Positions 21,371 through 32,220 of a stretch of DNA of 64,000 nucleotides are shown piece after piece. The translations under genes and the position numbers were made by a program. The notes beneath the pieces are model-generated. The model was not told the origin of the DNA. It made no database searches and saw only the letters and a list, made by a program, of their open reading frames with translations. The first letter of the stretch is position 1. The number at the start of each line of letters is the position of its first letter. The DNA comes from an uncultured delta proteobacterium (GTDB lineage Bacteria > Desulfobacterota > Binatia > UBA9968). The stretch covers positions 1-64,000 of the forward strand of contig CAWJBB010000059.1 of assembly GCA_963840855.1 (NCBI GenBank), read 5' to 3'.

Positions 21371-21660
21371 ATATGTCTCCTTCCGCTGGCCCTGACTTAT
21401 ATCGTTTTATCGTCGACTTGAACAATAATTCCGAGATGCGAATCCAGGCTTGCGACGCGTAGATACTATCGTGGAATTCGACCAACGGCTCAACGCAATA
21501 GTTGCTCAAAGCGTCTGCCCGTGTGCGATCCTCAGGCCAAAGAGTTGCAGCCTCTTCGATATGGGATCGATTTGAATGAAGCTGCCGGGCGGATCGTTGA
21601 TCTCCACGGATGGCTGCGATCACGTTTGCAGCTAATCACGTATAGCGTTACTATTCGCGA

Positions 21661-21905
21661 GCCCTATCCAGGGGCGACCGCATTCCGCGGTTCGTGAACA
21701 TCGCGACGGTGGCGCGACGCAAGTTACGACAGCTCGAGATCGCAGGCCGATTGGACGACTTGCGGTACCACCCGGGAATCGATTGGAACCTCTTAAAGGC
21801 AACCGGGCAGGGCAATACAGCATCCGCATAAACGATCAGTTTCGTTTGTGCTTCCGGTGGATGGAAACAGGGGCCGAAGATGTCGAACTCGTGGATTATC
21901 ATTAG
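21661..21905 (+). pseudogene. higB: HigB toxin pseudogene (5' end lost, frameshift near 21766)
   Basis: ARRKLRQL...DDLR, then in a shifted frame PPGNRLEPLKGNRAGQYSIRINDQFRLCFRW...VELVDYH. Confidence 0.85.
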
Positions 21906-21916
21906 GGAGAAGGATC

Positions 21917-22243
21917 ATGCGTAAACTCAAGCCGGTGACACCGGGCGAGCTGTTGCTGGAAGAATTCTTGAAGCCAATGGGAATCAGCCGTTACCGGCTG
22001 GCAAAAGAAATAGCCGTACCGGCACAGCGCATCGGGGACATTGTCGCCGGCCGACGCGCCATTACCGCCGATACCGATTTGCGTTTGTGCCGGTTTTTCG
22101 GTCTTTCCAACGGCTACTGGCTACGCGCCCAGGCAGCCTACGATACCGAAGTTGCTGAACGCGCTTTAGGATCTCAGCTGGCAAAAATCAAACCGTGGTC
22201 AGATCGCGTGGCTCGTGGATCTCAAACGCAAAATCACGGGTGA
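21917..22243 (+). CDS. higA: HigA antitoxin
   Basis: TPGELLLEEFLKPMGIS..RLAKEI...ITADTDLRL. Confidence 0.92.
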   Translation: MRKLKPVTPGELLLEEFLKPMGISRYRLAKEIAVPAQRIGDIVAGRRAITADTDLRLCRFFGLSNGYWLRAQAAYDTEVAERALGSQLAKIKPWSDRVARGSQTQNHG

Positions 22244-22350
22244 CCAGTCGAGTCTGCTCAAAGTCAAAGGCTCAGGTCTTTACTTTTGACTTTTATGATA
22301 GGGCTCAGGGTGACCCCTGCATTTTTTGCAAGTCTTCATCGGTGAAGCAC

Positions 22351-22821
22351 ATGTTTTACCTTCACACCTCGCCTACTTTGTATCGGATTCTGATTGCGCT
22401 TCATCTCATTGGCGCCGCTGTTTGGATCGGTGGTCACCTGGTTCTGGCGACCACAATCCTGCCGCGGGCGCTGCGCAATCGCGACCCGTCCCTCATCCTC
22501 GACTTCGAGCAGGGATTTGAACGGATCGGTTTGCCGTCGCTCCTGCTCCAAGTGGTCACCGGCCTTTTGCTCGCATATCGCTGGCTGCCTGAGATCAGCG
22601 CTTGGCTTAGGCTGGACTCTAACGTCTCAATCTACGTTGTCGTTAAGTTGGCGCTCTTGGCAGCGACCCTTGGCCTGGCACTCAACGCGAAATTTCGCGT
22701 GATTCCCAATATCAACCGGGATAACATGCATGTCCTTGCCTTCCATATCGTTTTGGTCACTGTCATGTCTATCGGTTTTCTCCTCGCCGGAATTGCTATT
22801 CGCACGGGCGGTCTTTTCTAA
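22351..22821 (+). CDS. CopD family membrane protein
   Basis: LHLIGAAVWIGG and LQVVTG motifs. Confidence 0.75.
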   Translation: MFYLHTSPTLYRILIALHLIGAAVWIGGHLVLATTILPRALRNRDPSLILDFEQGFERIGLPSLLLQVVTGLLLAYRWLPEISAWLRLDSNVSIYVVVKLALLAATLGLALNAKFRVIPNINRDNMHVLAFHIVLVTVMSIGFLLAGIAIRTGGLF

Positions 22822-23263
22822 ATTAGTCAGCCTTTCCGGACCATGGTTCGCGTCTTGTATTTTAACATTTGGCGTTTTCACCTAATCATCCGCACACCGG
22901 TGGCGTTGAAAATCGCGGTGGCAATGGCGGCTCTAGGCGGGACAGCATTGATTTCACCGGCATCATTGGCGCCGTATGGCCACGCGATTAGGAAAACCGA
23001 GGATAAACAGCAAGGAGGGAACCTTGCGCGCGCCACCTATTCGGCCTATAAAGGAGGCCCCGGAGCGCTCGGGCGATACCGGGCAGCCAAACCGAATCCG
23101 GCATTGAAAAAGGTGGATGAGGCTTTTTGGGAAAAGTTCGAAGTCGTGAGTTCCGGCCGCGAACTCGACGTGCAGCGCTGCTATCAAAAATAAACGCCGA
23201 ATTTTTGCGCAGCGGCGCGTCCGTGCCGCTCCAATTCAATTCGGCATGTCAGGAGGTGTTCCC

Positions 23264-23893
23264 ATGATGACGCTCTATTTCAGTCCCGGCGCTTGTTCTT
23301 TGGCCTCTCATATCGGTCTCGAAGAAACCGGCGCGCCTTACGAGATAAAGCCGATCCTGCTGGCAAAGGGACAGCAAAGGACGGAGGACTATCTGAAGAT
23401 CAACCCGCGGGGTAAAGTACCGGCGCTCAACGTCGACGGCAAGATCCTTATCGAGAACACGGCGATACTCACTTACCTCGCGAGGCGGTTTCCAGAAAAA
23501 AGGCTGATGCCGACCGATCCGGCCGAGGAGGCGCGCTGCATCGCGACTATGTGCTGGTTCTCGAGTATCGTGCATCCCTCGTACCAGCGCTCTTCACGAC
23601 CCGAGCGTTTTGCCGAAGGCGAGGCGGCGCAAGCCGCGGTAAAAGAAACAGGGCGGAAATCGTTCTGGGCCAATTGCCAGGAAATCGACTCCATGTTCCA
23701 AGGAAACGACTGGATCATGGGCCGCGAGTTCACGGTCGTCGATGGCTACGCGCTGGTTTTCTACGGCTGGGGCGCGCGCGGCGGATTTCCCATGAAGGAA
23801 CTCAGCGCCTACACGGCGTGGCAGGACCGCATGATGAAGCGCCCGACGGTTAAGAAAAGTGTCGAGAGCGAGCAGACCGTTTCAACATCCTAG
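23264..23893 (+). CDS. Glutathione S-transferase (beta class-like)
   Basis: SPGACSLASHI, INPRGKVPAL and ENTAIL motifs. Confidence 0.92.
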   Translation: MMTLYFSPGACSLASHIGLEETGAPYEIKPILLAKGQQRTEDYLKINPRGKVPALNVDGKILIENTAILTYLARRFPEKRLMPTDPAEEARCIATMCWFSSIVHPSYQRSSRPERFAEGEAAQAAVKETGRKSFWANCQEIDSMFQGNDWIMGREFTVVDGYALVFYGWGARGGFPMKELSAYTAWQDRMMKRPTVKKSVESEQTVSTS

Positions 23894-23898
23894 TTCCT

Positions 23899-24025
23899 TA
23901 CCCTGATCCGTCGATAAGGGGCGCTTGCTGTCACGTCGGACTCGCATCCTCACATACTGCCGATGTACGCTCCGGTGCGAACCCTCGCTCCGCCCCGCAC
24001 CACCACCTTCTCGACGGCCGGGTTA
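23899..24025. repeat. MITE-like intergenic element with imperfect terminal inverted repeats
   Basis: CCGTCGATAAGG ... CCTTCTCGACGG between convergent genes. Confidence 0.55.
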
Positions 24026-24125
24026 ATCAGATAGATACAACCTTACGCACGGATCATGCCCCTTGTCGCGTATTCTCCCCGGAAAAACGGGAACAAGAAC
24101 CGTTTGCTTCGCCTACGACAAGAGG

Positions 24126-25265
24126 CTATTTTTTGCCGACCGCATCGGCCTTGGGAAATCCATACGCTTCAACGACGAGCCGCAAATACTCTTGCATCTT
24201 GGTGTAGTGCCGCCAGTCCACCAAAGAAACTTTTTTTGTGCGAGCCACCTGAAAAGCCGTTGTGCCGGGAGAGAAGATCGAGCCCTTGTAGCCCGATTCG
24301 ATGAGCTTTTGGGCTTCCGGGCTGGAAACGAACTCCAACCACAACAAAGCCGCATAGCGAGAATCGGCCTTGTCGAATACAGCCTCGTGGTCGCCGATCC
24401 GGACCGGAATGGGCTCGACCATTTTATAGCCGAGTGCGCCGGCGACGTCCTTGCTCATAAATCTCTTTGTGCCGGTTAAATTGGCGCCCAAGTAGACTCC
24501 GTGTTCCCCCGTAGAAAGCGCGCCGATGGCCCGCGAATGTCCCCCCACCCACACAGGGTTTTGCGCGGCAATCTTCTTCGCAAACTCCAAGGTCTTCTCG
24601 ATGCCCCAAGCCGGCACCAGAGCGGATGTAAACTGCGGGCGGATGTCGGCGAGAAATTTTCGTCCCTGAAATTCAGGTTTGAGGAACTCTTCCCATTGGG
24701 TGGGCACTTTTTCGTCGGCAAGCAGATTTTTGTTATAGGTGACCACCATGGTATTCGTCGTGTAGGCGACAATGTTGCGATTGACCGGATCGATCATGCC
24801 CACGGGAATCTGCAGGATGCTCTGCTGTGCCATGCCGAGAATGTCGAACCTTTTTTGATGCGGCAAATACTCGTCGTAAAAATCACCCGCGATAAAGTTG
24901 ATGTCCCAGCCTCGCGCTGTGCCGGTCTTCATCTCGAGGAGCATACGCTGGTAGGTGTCCGTTCCGCTTATTTCCTCGGCGCGGAGCTGAATGAACGGGT
25001 ATTTTTTCCTGAAAGCCTCGGCCACAGGCTTTAACATGTCGCCTTCCAGCGAGGACATGACCCGCAGCTTGCCTTCTCGTTTCACCTTGCTCACAATATC
25101 ATCGTGACTCGGTTCAAAGGCGTAGCCTCTTGTCTCGGCTTCGTGCTTTGCCTTTGTGGCTGCAGAAGCTGCGGCCGCCGAGTGCACCGTGGGAGATACC
25201 AACCACCAGGCCAATTGGAATGCCGTCAGCACGCTCCATATCCGAAGGGACTCAACCTTCATCAT
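24126..25265 (-). CDS. ABC substrate-binding protein (orphan)
   Basis: AFRKKYPFI, YNKNLL...PTQWEEFLKP and YAALLWLEF motifs. Confidence 0.85.
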   Translation of the reverse strand: MMKVESLRIWSVLTAFQLAWWLVSPTVHSAAAASAATKAKHEAETRGYAFEPSHDDIVSKVKREGKLRVMSSLEGDMLKPVAEAFRKKYPFIQLRAEEISGTDTYQRMLLEMKTGTARGWDINFIAGDFYDEYLPHQKRFDILGMAQQSILQIPVGMIDPVNRNIVAYTTNTMVVTYNKNLLADEKVPTQWEEFLKPEFQGRKFLADIRPQFTSALVPAWGIEKTLEFAKKIAAQNPVWVGGHSRAIGALSTGEHGVYLGANLTGTKRFMSKDVAGALGYKMVEPIPVRIGDHEAVFDKADSRYAALLWLEFVSSPEAQKLIESGYKGSIFSPGTTAFQVARTKKVSLVDWRHYTKMQEYLRLVVEAYGFPKADAVGKK

Positions 25266-25433
25266 GCGCCTCCAATCTCAAGGGACTGTTACTTTGTGCC
25301 TCCCGCCTTAAGAAAACCGTAGGCTTCGACGATTTTTGACATCTACTGCTCGGCGTTGCAATAGTGGTCCCAGCTCACTGCGGATAGTTGCTTCCCGCGC
25401 ATCTCCTGCTCGGCCGCGGACCCAGAACGGTTC

Positions 25434-25508
25434 CTAATCAGTTTTATCGACCAGCCGGAAGTAATCAAAACAATCCTTCAACGCCTGGGTCTGTGGAAGA
25501 GTCTCATG
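25434..25508 (+). pseudogene. IS91-like transposase C-terminal scrap
   Basis: LISFIDQPEVIKTILQRLGLW resembles the conserved IS91-like C-terminus. Confidence 0.55.
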
Positions 25509-25611
25509 TATACGGACGCATAAGCAGTTTCAGAAGAGACAAGAACCTCTTGGCCTTGCTCTCGTCTATGTAGGATTTGATGGGGTGATTGCTGAATGCT
25601 ATCTTTGAGGA

Positions 25612-26760
25612 TTGATCATGAACTTTTGGCGCAGCATTCCTAGACCGATCATTGGCCTTTCACCCATGGACGGCGTTACCGATCCCTCTTTTCGCTTTAT
25701 TACCGCGAAGCATGGCCGTCCCGATGTGATTCTAACGGAGTTCGTCAATATTCAATCGGCGATCTACGCGCCGGAGCAGATGCTCAAAGATTTGACTTAT
25801 GCAGAGATCGAGCGCCCCGTCGTGGCCCAGATCTACGGAAAAACTCCGGAGCTTTTCTATAAAGTCGCTCATATCGTCGGCGAGCTTGGCTTCGACGGCT
25901 TGGACATCAATATGGGTTGCCCAGCGCGGAAAGTCGCCGCGGCCGGATGCGGTGCGGCGCTGATCCGCGAGCCCGAAACGGCGCGCGCGATTATCCTAGC
26001 GACGCGGCAGGGCCTACAAGACTGGTACAATGGACAGAGTCTCAAATCGCTCGGCATCCGCCCCTACGCCATCGAAGCATTTAAGGCCGCCCATCGAGGC
26101 CGCGCCGGCGTCGCTACGATCGTGGATCGGCGCCTTCTTCCGATCTCGATAAAAACCCGGATCGGCTACGACCGGATTGTCGTCAAGGACTGGATGTCGA
26201 CGCTGCTTGAAGAGCGGCCAGCCGCAATCACGCTGCACGGGCGCACGTTACAACAGGGATACAAAGGGGATGCCGATTGGGAAGCCATCGCGCAGGCGGC
26301 CGAGATCGCAAAAGACTCCGGGACGTTGCTCCTCGGCAACGGTGACTTGCTAGACATGCCGGAAGTCCACCGGCGCGTTCGTGAAAGCCAAGTCGACGGC
26401 GTGCTCATCGGCCAAGCCGCCGAGGGAAATCCGTGGCTTTTCGCTGGTAAAGAACAGGTGAAACGGGCCCTTGGCGGAATCGGTACTGTAACGCCGCAGC
26501 CTGAAGTGAGTCTCGCCGAGCGTTTCAACGTCATGCTCGAACATAGCCGGCATTACGAAAACGTCGTGCAGAATCACTGTTTTCTTGGGATGCGCAAGAA
26601 TTTGCTCTGGTACTGCCGCAATTTTCCCGGCGCCGCGGAGCTGCATTGGCAAATGAAGCGTGTCAGCAGCGCCGACGATGTCGAGGGTGTCCTGGACGAC
26701 TATATCCGAGCGCGAACCGATACTCCTAAAACAGTTCAAATCGTTCCGGCTATTCAATAG
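25612..26760 (+). CDS. tRNA-dihydrouridine synthase family protein
   Basis: LSPMDGVTD, DINMGCP, SIKTRIG, LHGRT and GNGD motifs. Confidence 0.92.
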   Translation: MIMNFWRSIPRPIIGLSPMDGVTDPSFRFITAKHGRPDVILTEFVNIQSAIYAPEQMLKDLTYAEIERPVVAQIYGKTPELFYKVAHIVGELGFDGLDINMGCPARKVAAAGCGAALIREPETARAIILATRQGLQDWYNGQSLKSLGIRPYAIEAFKAAHRGRAGVATIVDRRLLPISIKTRIGYDRIVVKDWMSTLLEERPAAITLHGRTLQQGYKGDADWEAIAQAAEIAKDSGTLLLGNGDLLDMPEVHRRVRESQVDGVLIGQAAEGNPWLFAGKEQVKRALGGIGTVTPQPEVSLAERFNVMLEHSRHYENVVQNHCFLGMRKNLLWYCRNFPGAAELHWQMKRVSSADDVEGVLDDYIRARTDTPKTVQIVPAIQ

Positions 26761-26975
26761 CTCAGATCAGCTCCAGTCCTTACAGGGAGAGCCTTCGACG
26801 CTCCCACTCTCATGCAATTAGCTTGCGTTCCAACGAACACATGAATTAATACTGTGCCGAAAGTGCCACGGCTTGAATATCAAGAACAATGGGAGCCGTG
26901 GTTCAGATCTTCGGCCCTTGGCGTTAGCATCGCGGATGCCGGACTGCCAAATATCAAACAGCTCGGGGAATTCTC

Positions 26976-28334
26976 ATGTCGACAATAAAGAACAACGTAG
27001 TTGATGTGCTCATCGTCGGCGAAGGCATCGCCGGCTGTACCGCGGCAATCGCAGCCAGTGCTCTGGGAGCAAACATATTAATGATAGAGAAAGCGCCCAA
27101 AGACGTTCCTCACGCAAACACTGCCTTCTCTGGTGGATCATTCCGCCGTACATCCCAAGCTTATCCTGCAGAAAAATTCTATCAGGACATGATCAGCCTC
27201 TCGGGAGGAAGAGCCGATCCTGAGCTCACCAAAATCATGGTGGAAGAATCTCGGAAAGCGCGCGACTGGCTGACCGCGCTGGGAGTGCCGTGGACGAGTA
27301 AAAGCCGCGATCCTGGAGCGGCCGATCAGGTGGACGGGCAAGGAAAATCCCTCGCGGAGATTTTGCGCCGGGCTGTCGCCGCTAGAAACATAAAGATCCT
27401 CCATGAAACTGAAGCCTACAATTTGATATCGGAAAGCGGCAGGATCCGAGGCGCGCGGGTAAAAACCGCAGCGGGCGACTCGGAAATGCGATCGGCAGCC
27501 GTCATCCTCGCCGCCGGGGGATTTCAGGCCAATCCGGAGATGGTTACACGCTACATCGGCCCGGGCGGACGGCATCTTGTTCTCAGGGGCTCTCCGTATA
27601 ACACGGGCGATGGCATCCGCATGGCCCTGGAAGTAGGAGCGAAAATCGATTGGATGGACGACTTCCACGGCGGCTTGATTCACTACGGCTACAAGCAGCA
27701 TCTAGAGGTAGGTGCTATGGCGGGAATGAGGAGTATGAAAAAATACGAGGTCGGGATACTGGTAAACCAGCAAGGAAGCAGATTCGTAGACGAGGGCGAA
27801 TACCCGTCCGATAAGACTTACGCCAAATTCGGCAAGATTGTGGCGCTCACCCAACCAGGCGGGGTTGCCTATGTCATCTTCGATTCCGCTACCAAAGAAA
27901 CTATCAATCCTGATTACACCGGACCCGACAGAGGACCCATCGAGGCCCGGAGCATCGGCGAGTTGGCGACAAAGCTGGAAATCGATTCCGAAGCCCTCGT
28001 GCATACGGTCACAGCGTACAACGATAGTATCCAGGGTGAGAAGTGTCTCTCGTTGCGGCCTCCGAAGACAAACTTCGCACGTAGGATCGAGAAATCCCCT
28101 TATTGCGCTTATAAAGTTACAGGCGGATTCACGTTTACTTTTGGCGGTCTTTGGACGAATGCAAAAGCTCAGGTGCTCGACGGCAATCGGAAGCCCATAC
28201 CGGCGCTCTATGCCGCAGGAGAAATCACCACGGGTATCTTTTACGGAAATTATGCCGGCGGCTCATCATTGCCGCGTTGTGCCGTCTATGGCCGAATCGC
28301 CGGCGAAAGCGCCGCCCAGCATATTCGGCAATAG
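26976..28334 (+). CDS. FAD-binding oxidoreductase (TcuA/fumarate reductase flavoprotein-like)
   Basis: VGEGIAG, AAGGFQAN, NTGDG, TFTFGGL and LYAAGE motifs. Confidence 0.88.
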   Translation: MSTIKNNVVDVLIVGEGIAGCTAAIAASALGANILMIEKAPKDVPHANTAFSGGSFRRTSQAYPAEKFYQDMISLSGGRADPELTKIMVEESRKARDWLTALGVPWTSKSRDPGAADQVDGQGKSLAEILRRAVAARNIKILHETEAYNLISESGRIRGARVKTAAGDSEMRSAAVILAAGGFQANPEMVTRYIGPGGRHLVLRGSPYNTGDGIRMALEVGAKIDWMDDFHGGLIHYGYKQHLEVGAMAGMRSMKKYEVGILVNQQGSRFVDEGEYPSDKTYAKFGKIVALTQPGGVAYVIFDSATKETINPDYTGPDRGPIEARSIGELATKLEIDSEALVHTVTAYNDSIQGEKCLSLRPPKTNFARRIEKSPYCAYKVTGGFTFTFGGLWTNAKAQVLDGNRKPIPALYAAGEITTGIFYGNYAGGSSLPRCAVYGRIAGESAAQHIRQ

Positions 28335-28555
28335 AATCGCGTCACGGCCCACCAATTCGAGGGACATAATACGAATTTTTCTTTGAGTTTTTCTACGGGC
28401 ATCAATAGCTGCTGAGCCTGCCTCGATCAACGGGTCTGCCCCTAACCTTTCTGGTTAGCGCCGCCGCTCATTTCGTCGGTTGTCATCACGGTGCAGATAT
28501 ACTCAACTCCACGCTTGACTGGTTTGTCGCCCCGTTTGTCGGTTTCAGCCTTCGG

Positions 28556-30087
28556 CTACTGCAGCGCCGGCAGCGAGAAGAGAATTCCCCCGAACAGGAG
28601 GTAGGCGAGCAGCAGGGTCCAGACCACGTTGGCGGCTTGGGCGACGAGAAAGGCTGCCGCGGGTCGGCCGCCCTCCATGCTTACCAACTCGGTAAAGCGC
28701 GTCTCAAGGCCAATGCAAGTGAAGGCAAGACCGAACCACACGACCCGAAGAGCAGCCAGCGTTCCCTTGGTTGCATTGACAGTCGCTTCGTCGAGCAGGA
28801 AAGAAAAGACCAGGGACGCGATCACGAAGCCGAGGACGAATTTCGGAAAGCGTTCCCAGATGACTCCCGCGCTTGGCCGCTCTCCCTTTTCGGCGCCCTT
28901 TTTGAACGTCCACCAGAGTGAAATAAGAAAAGCCGCCACGCCGATCAGGACATTCTGGGAGAACTTGACGATGACGCCGGCCTTCATGGCAAGCTCGCTG
29001 ATGAGCGCGCCCGCCGCTACCACTGAGCCGCTGGTATCGAGAGTCCCTCCCAGCCAGGCTCCCGCGACAGCGTCGGGCATGTTAAAAGCTTTTGCGGCCC
29101 AGGGCATGAGCACCATCATGGGAACGGCGACGATCAGCACCAGCGAGGTCACATAGGAGAGCTTTTTTTGTCGCCCTGAATGGCCCCACAGGCGGCAATC
29201 GCCGCGGATACGCCGCAGATGGAGACCGCGGACGAAAGCATCACCGCGAATTCGTCGTCGACGCGGAACTTTTTGGCAAGCCAAAAGCACATGTACCAAA
29301 TCACCGTGACGACGAGGACGGCCTGGACGATGCCGAGGGCCCCGGCCTGAAGAATCTCAAAGAAAAGAATGCCTGCCCCGAGGATCACGAGCCCCGTCTT
29401 GATGTAATATTCGGTTTGAACGGCTTCCATGAGCCACCTGGGAACGCCGATGAAGTTGCCGACGAACAGGCCGATAAGAAGAGCGAAAATAACGTACTCC
29501 AAACCCCAGTAGTTCACAGTAGCGTTGCCGGCAATCACGTGGGAGAGCCAGGCGAGAGCATAGATGATTGGAAAGCCGATCAGAAATTTGCCGACGCTTC
29601 CGCCCATCAGCATGACTCCGACGGCGGCGACGATCAGAAACGCGGCGCCTATCTTGACCGCGTTCCAGAGGTTTTCGGCGCTAAATACCGCGGCGACGAC
29701 GGCACCTGACTTAGCACCCAGCGCTTTCTCGATCTCCGCGGCCTTTTTTTGGAGTGCTTTATCCTTCGCCGTTTTTGCGGCAGCGGCGAGCTTCTTGGAA
29801 GCGTCGCCGATCGCCTTGCGGTCGCTGCCTTCCATGGCCTTTACAAGCGCGGCTGCCGAGGCAGCGAGATTCGCTTCGCGCTTGACCTGAGCCTCGTTGA
29901 TGAGGTTCTCGACTGCCGGCTTGTTTTCCGCCACTGCCGCGGCAAATTCACCGTCGGTGGCCCAACTGTATTTCGGCAAAGGCGGACGCACGCCGACGAG
30001 CACGGCGGCAATGACGATGAAACCCAGGCAGACCGCCATCCAGTCTTCGCTAATCGATAGGGTCAAGCCATTTTTATTTTCCGCCAT
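28556..30087 (-). pseudogene. YeiH/putative sulfate exporter family transporter, frameshifted in an A7 run near 29165
   Basis: SICGVSAAIAA in the first ORF; KKLSYVTSLV...GGTLDTSGSV...FPKFVLGF continues in the other frame. Confidence 0.85.
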
Positions 30088-30746
30088 ACGCTATCCTCCT
30101 GATCTGAGGATTCGGATCATTTCATGGCGGCAGATCGTAACTTCGCCTTGCAATCGATGTCAAGGAATATTATCGCCAGCTTTTACATCTCGACTGTTTC
30201 GCCTGCTCGTTGATAAACGAGAAAGCCAGCAACGCGCGATCTCAGAGGCTGGGGTCATGGATCTTAGCCATGGATTTTTCCCCCGGGAGTTTCTCTCTTA
30301 GCCTAAGTCTTCACGGCGTTGCAGGCCGTAGCGACGCGGTTGGCACGGTACCCACAAGCGGTCATCCGTGCTCAATCTGTGACAAAGTGCCGACGCAAAC
30401 AGTATCCGCAACAAATAACTGAAAAAAGTGGATCTGAACGTCGTCAGAACTTCGCGGAATTTCCCAGAGACTCCTGCCCTTTCCCCTAAAACAGCTCGAA
30501 AACGCTGGTTGCGGGGGTACCGTACTGTCATCCCAACATGAGATCGTCGTTTATAGGGGTTATACGCAACCCGTTTTTGAGAGGAAGAAAATAAATGGAA
30601 GCAGAGAATTTCGATCCTGGCGCTACTCCGCGCCCTCTGCGCCTCAGCGATGAGTACTCTTCTGGATCGGTACAAACAGAATAACCACTGGAATATTTGC
30701 GCAAGCCGCGAAATTCTTGATCCCGAAAAGATAATTACCAGCATTC

Positions 30747-30779
30747 AAAAAAAGGGAGGCAATTTGCCTCCCTTTTTTT
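30747..30779. terminator. Intrinsic terminator downstream of hsp20
   Basis: AAAAAAAGGGAGGCAA-T-TTGCCTCCCTTTTTTT. Confidence 0.85.
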
Positions 30780-30799
30780 GGTCGCAATTTACGAACTTG

Positions 30800-31240
30800 T
30801 TAATGCACGCTTATTTCGATCTGCCGTGGCTTGGCCTCCTCCGCCTTGGGCACGCGTATCTCGAGGACGCCGTCTTTATAAGTTGCTTCGATGCCGTCGT
30901 GTTTCACGGTCTCAGGCAGGGAGAATGAGCGCCAGAACTTCGCATCGACCCGTTCTACGTGACGGTATTCAACGCCTTCGGCCAGCTTCTCGGATTTTCT
31001 TTCTCCGCTGAGAGTCAGGGTTGCGTCCTTTACTTCCACTTTGAAGTCTTCTCTTTTCATTCCTGGAAGCTCCGCGCGAATGTGATACGAATCCTTGCTT
31101 TCCAACACATCCACTGCAGGATACCACTTCGATTTACTCGGTTGCGCCCAGGAGCGGTCCAAGTTGTCATCGAATAAATCGTCAAACACAGAACGACCGT
31201 TACCAAAACCGGAAAATGGTTCCCATCTTACGAGTTCCAT
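30800..31240 (-). CDS. Hsp20/alpha-crystallin small heat-shock protein
   Basis: PAVDV, AELPGM, FWRSFSLP and ATYKDGVLEIRVPK motifs. Confidence 0.95.
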   Translation of the reverse strand: MELVRWEPFSGFGNGRSVFDDLFDDNLDRSWAQPSKSKWYPAVDVLESKDSYHIRAELPGMKREDFKVEVKDATLTLSGERKSEKLAEGVEYRHVERVDAKFWRSFSLPETVKHDGIEATYKDGVLEIRVPKAEEAKPRQIEISVH

Positions 31241-31263
31241 AATAGTTACCTCCTTACGCCGAA

Positions 31264-31322
31264 AATCTAAGCACGCCTTCTCAGGCCGTCAATCCACTTG
31301 ACAAATGTCCACAGCGTGCTTA
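31264..31322 (-). promoter_or_regulatory. hsp20 promoter inside a concentric palindromic operator
   Basis: TTGACG-N17-TAGATT on the minus strand; TAAGCACGC/GCGTGCTTA and GTCAA-N5-TTGAC are both centred at 31295. Confidence 0.6.
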
Positions 31323-31653
31323 TTGACCCCGAAATTCGGCGATGAGTGACGTCCGTGAGCCCGCCCGATATTTTTGCGAAAATAGAGGGAACTCTGTCCG
31401 ATCGCCGCGCTGGTACTGACTTTCCTATCGCCATGTTTGTGACCGCGGTCAACGAGCTACCAGAAATCCTTGCGCTGCGCCAGCAACATGCTTTCGACGT
31501 CCGTTTCTTTCGTCATGGGAAAAAGCACGTCTCGCGCTCTGAAGTTCAGAGTATCCCTAACACGCACATCGTGCTAAGTTGCAACCTATCAGAGGTTGTA
31601 CTCTGAGTGCCGACCCCGTGGCCAGTTGGGGAAGACCGCCATCCAAATTGTTA

Positions 31654-32220
31654 CTACTCAATTCTCTTCGGAATACGGCCCGCCTCAACTTCCATCTTCA
31701 GCAGTGGGACCATGCCACCTGCTGCCAATTTTCTGATGATAAACGCCGGCATGGGCTCAAACTTCAGTTCAACACCGGAGGAAATGTTGGTGAGGAGTCC
31801 GTTTTCGAGATCAACCTCGAGCTCATCGCCTTGTTTAACCGCATCCAGAATCCCGGCAAGCTCAATTACCGGAAGCCCGCGTTCTATCGAATTTCTGAAA
31901 AAGTAGGGAGCCGACGTGGCGCAAAGCACGGCGGCCACGCCTGCCCCGAGGATAGACAGACAGGCGTGATCGTGATCATGTCCGAACCCCATGAATTCGC
32001 CGACTATGAAATCCCCCTTCCGAACCTTCTTGGGAAAATCCGGATCCATTTTGACCATACAGTACTTGCCGATCTCCTCCGCCGTATACACGCCTTTGGT
32101 CTGCAGCTCCTGGTAGGTCCGATAAGCGCATATCTCCCAGTCGACGTCCAAAACACCGCGAAACACCCAGGCGTTTCCTCGCATCGGCTTCATCTGTCTC
32201 AGCTTCCCATCCCCAGTCAT
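31654..32220 (-). CDS. LeuD-like aconitase-family small subunit (atypical)
   Basis: VRKGDFIVG, GAGVAAVL, FFRNSI..GLP and GDELEVDL motifs; GSSRE motif replaced by GHDHDH. Confidence 0.85.
   Translation of the reverse strand: MTGDGKLRQMKPMRGNAWVFRGVLDVDWEICAYRTYQELQTKGVYTAEEIGKYCMVKMDPDFPKKVRKGDFIVGEFMGFGHDHDHACLSILGAGVAAVLCATSAPYFFRNSIERGLPVIELAGILDAVKQGDELEVDLENGLLTNISSGVELKFEPMPAFIIRKLAAGGMVPLLKMEVEAGRIPKRIE

Noticed and set aside
30210-30744. Unexplained ~500-bp interval with weak ORFs
   Set aside because: No recognisable motif, repeat or RNA structure could be supported.
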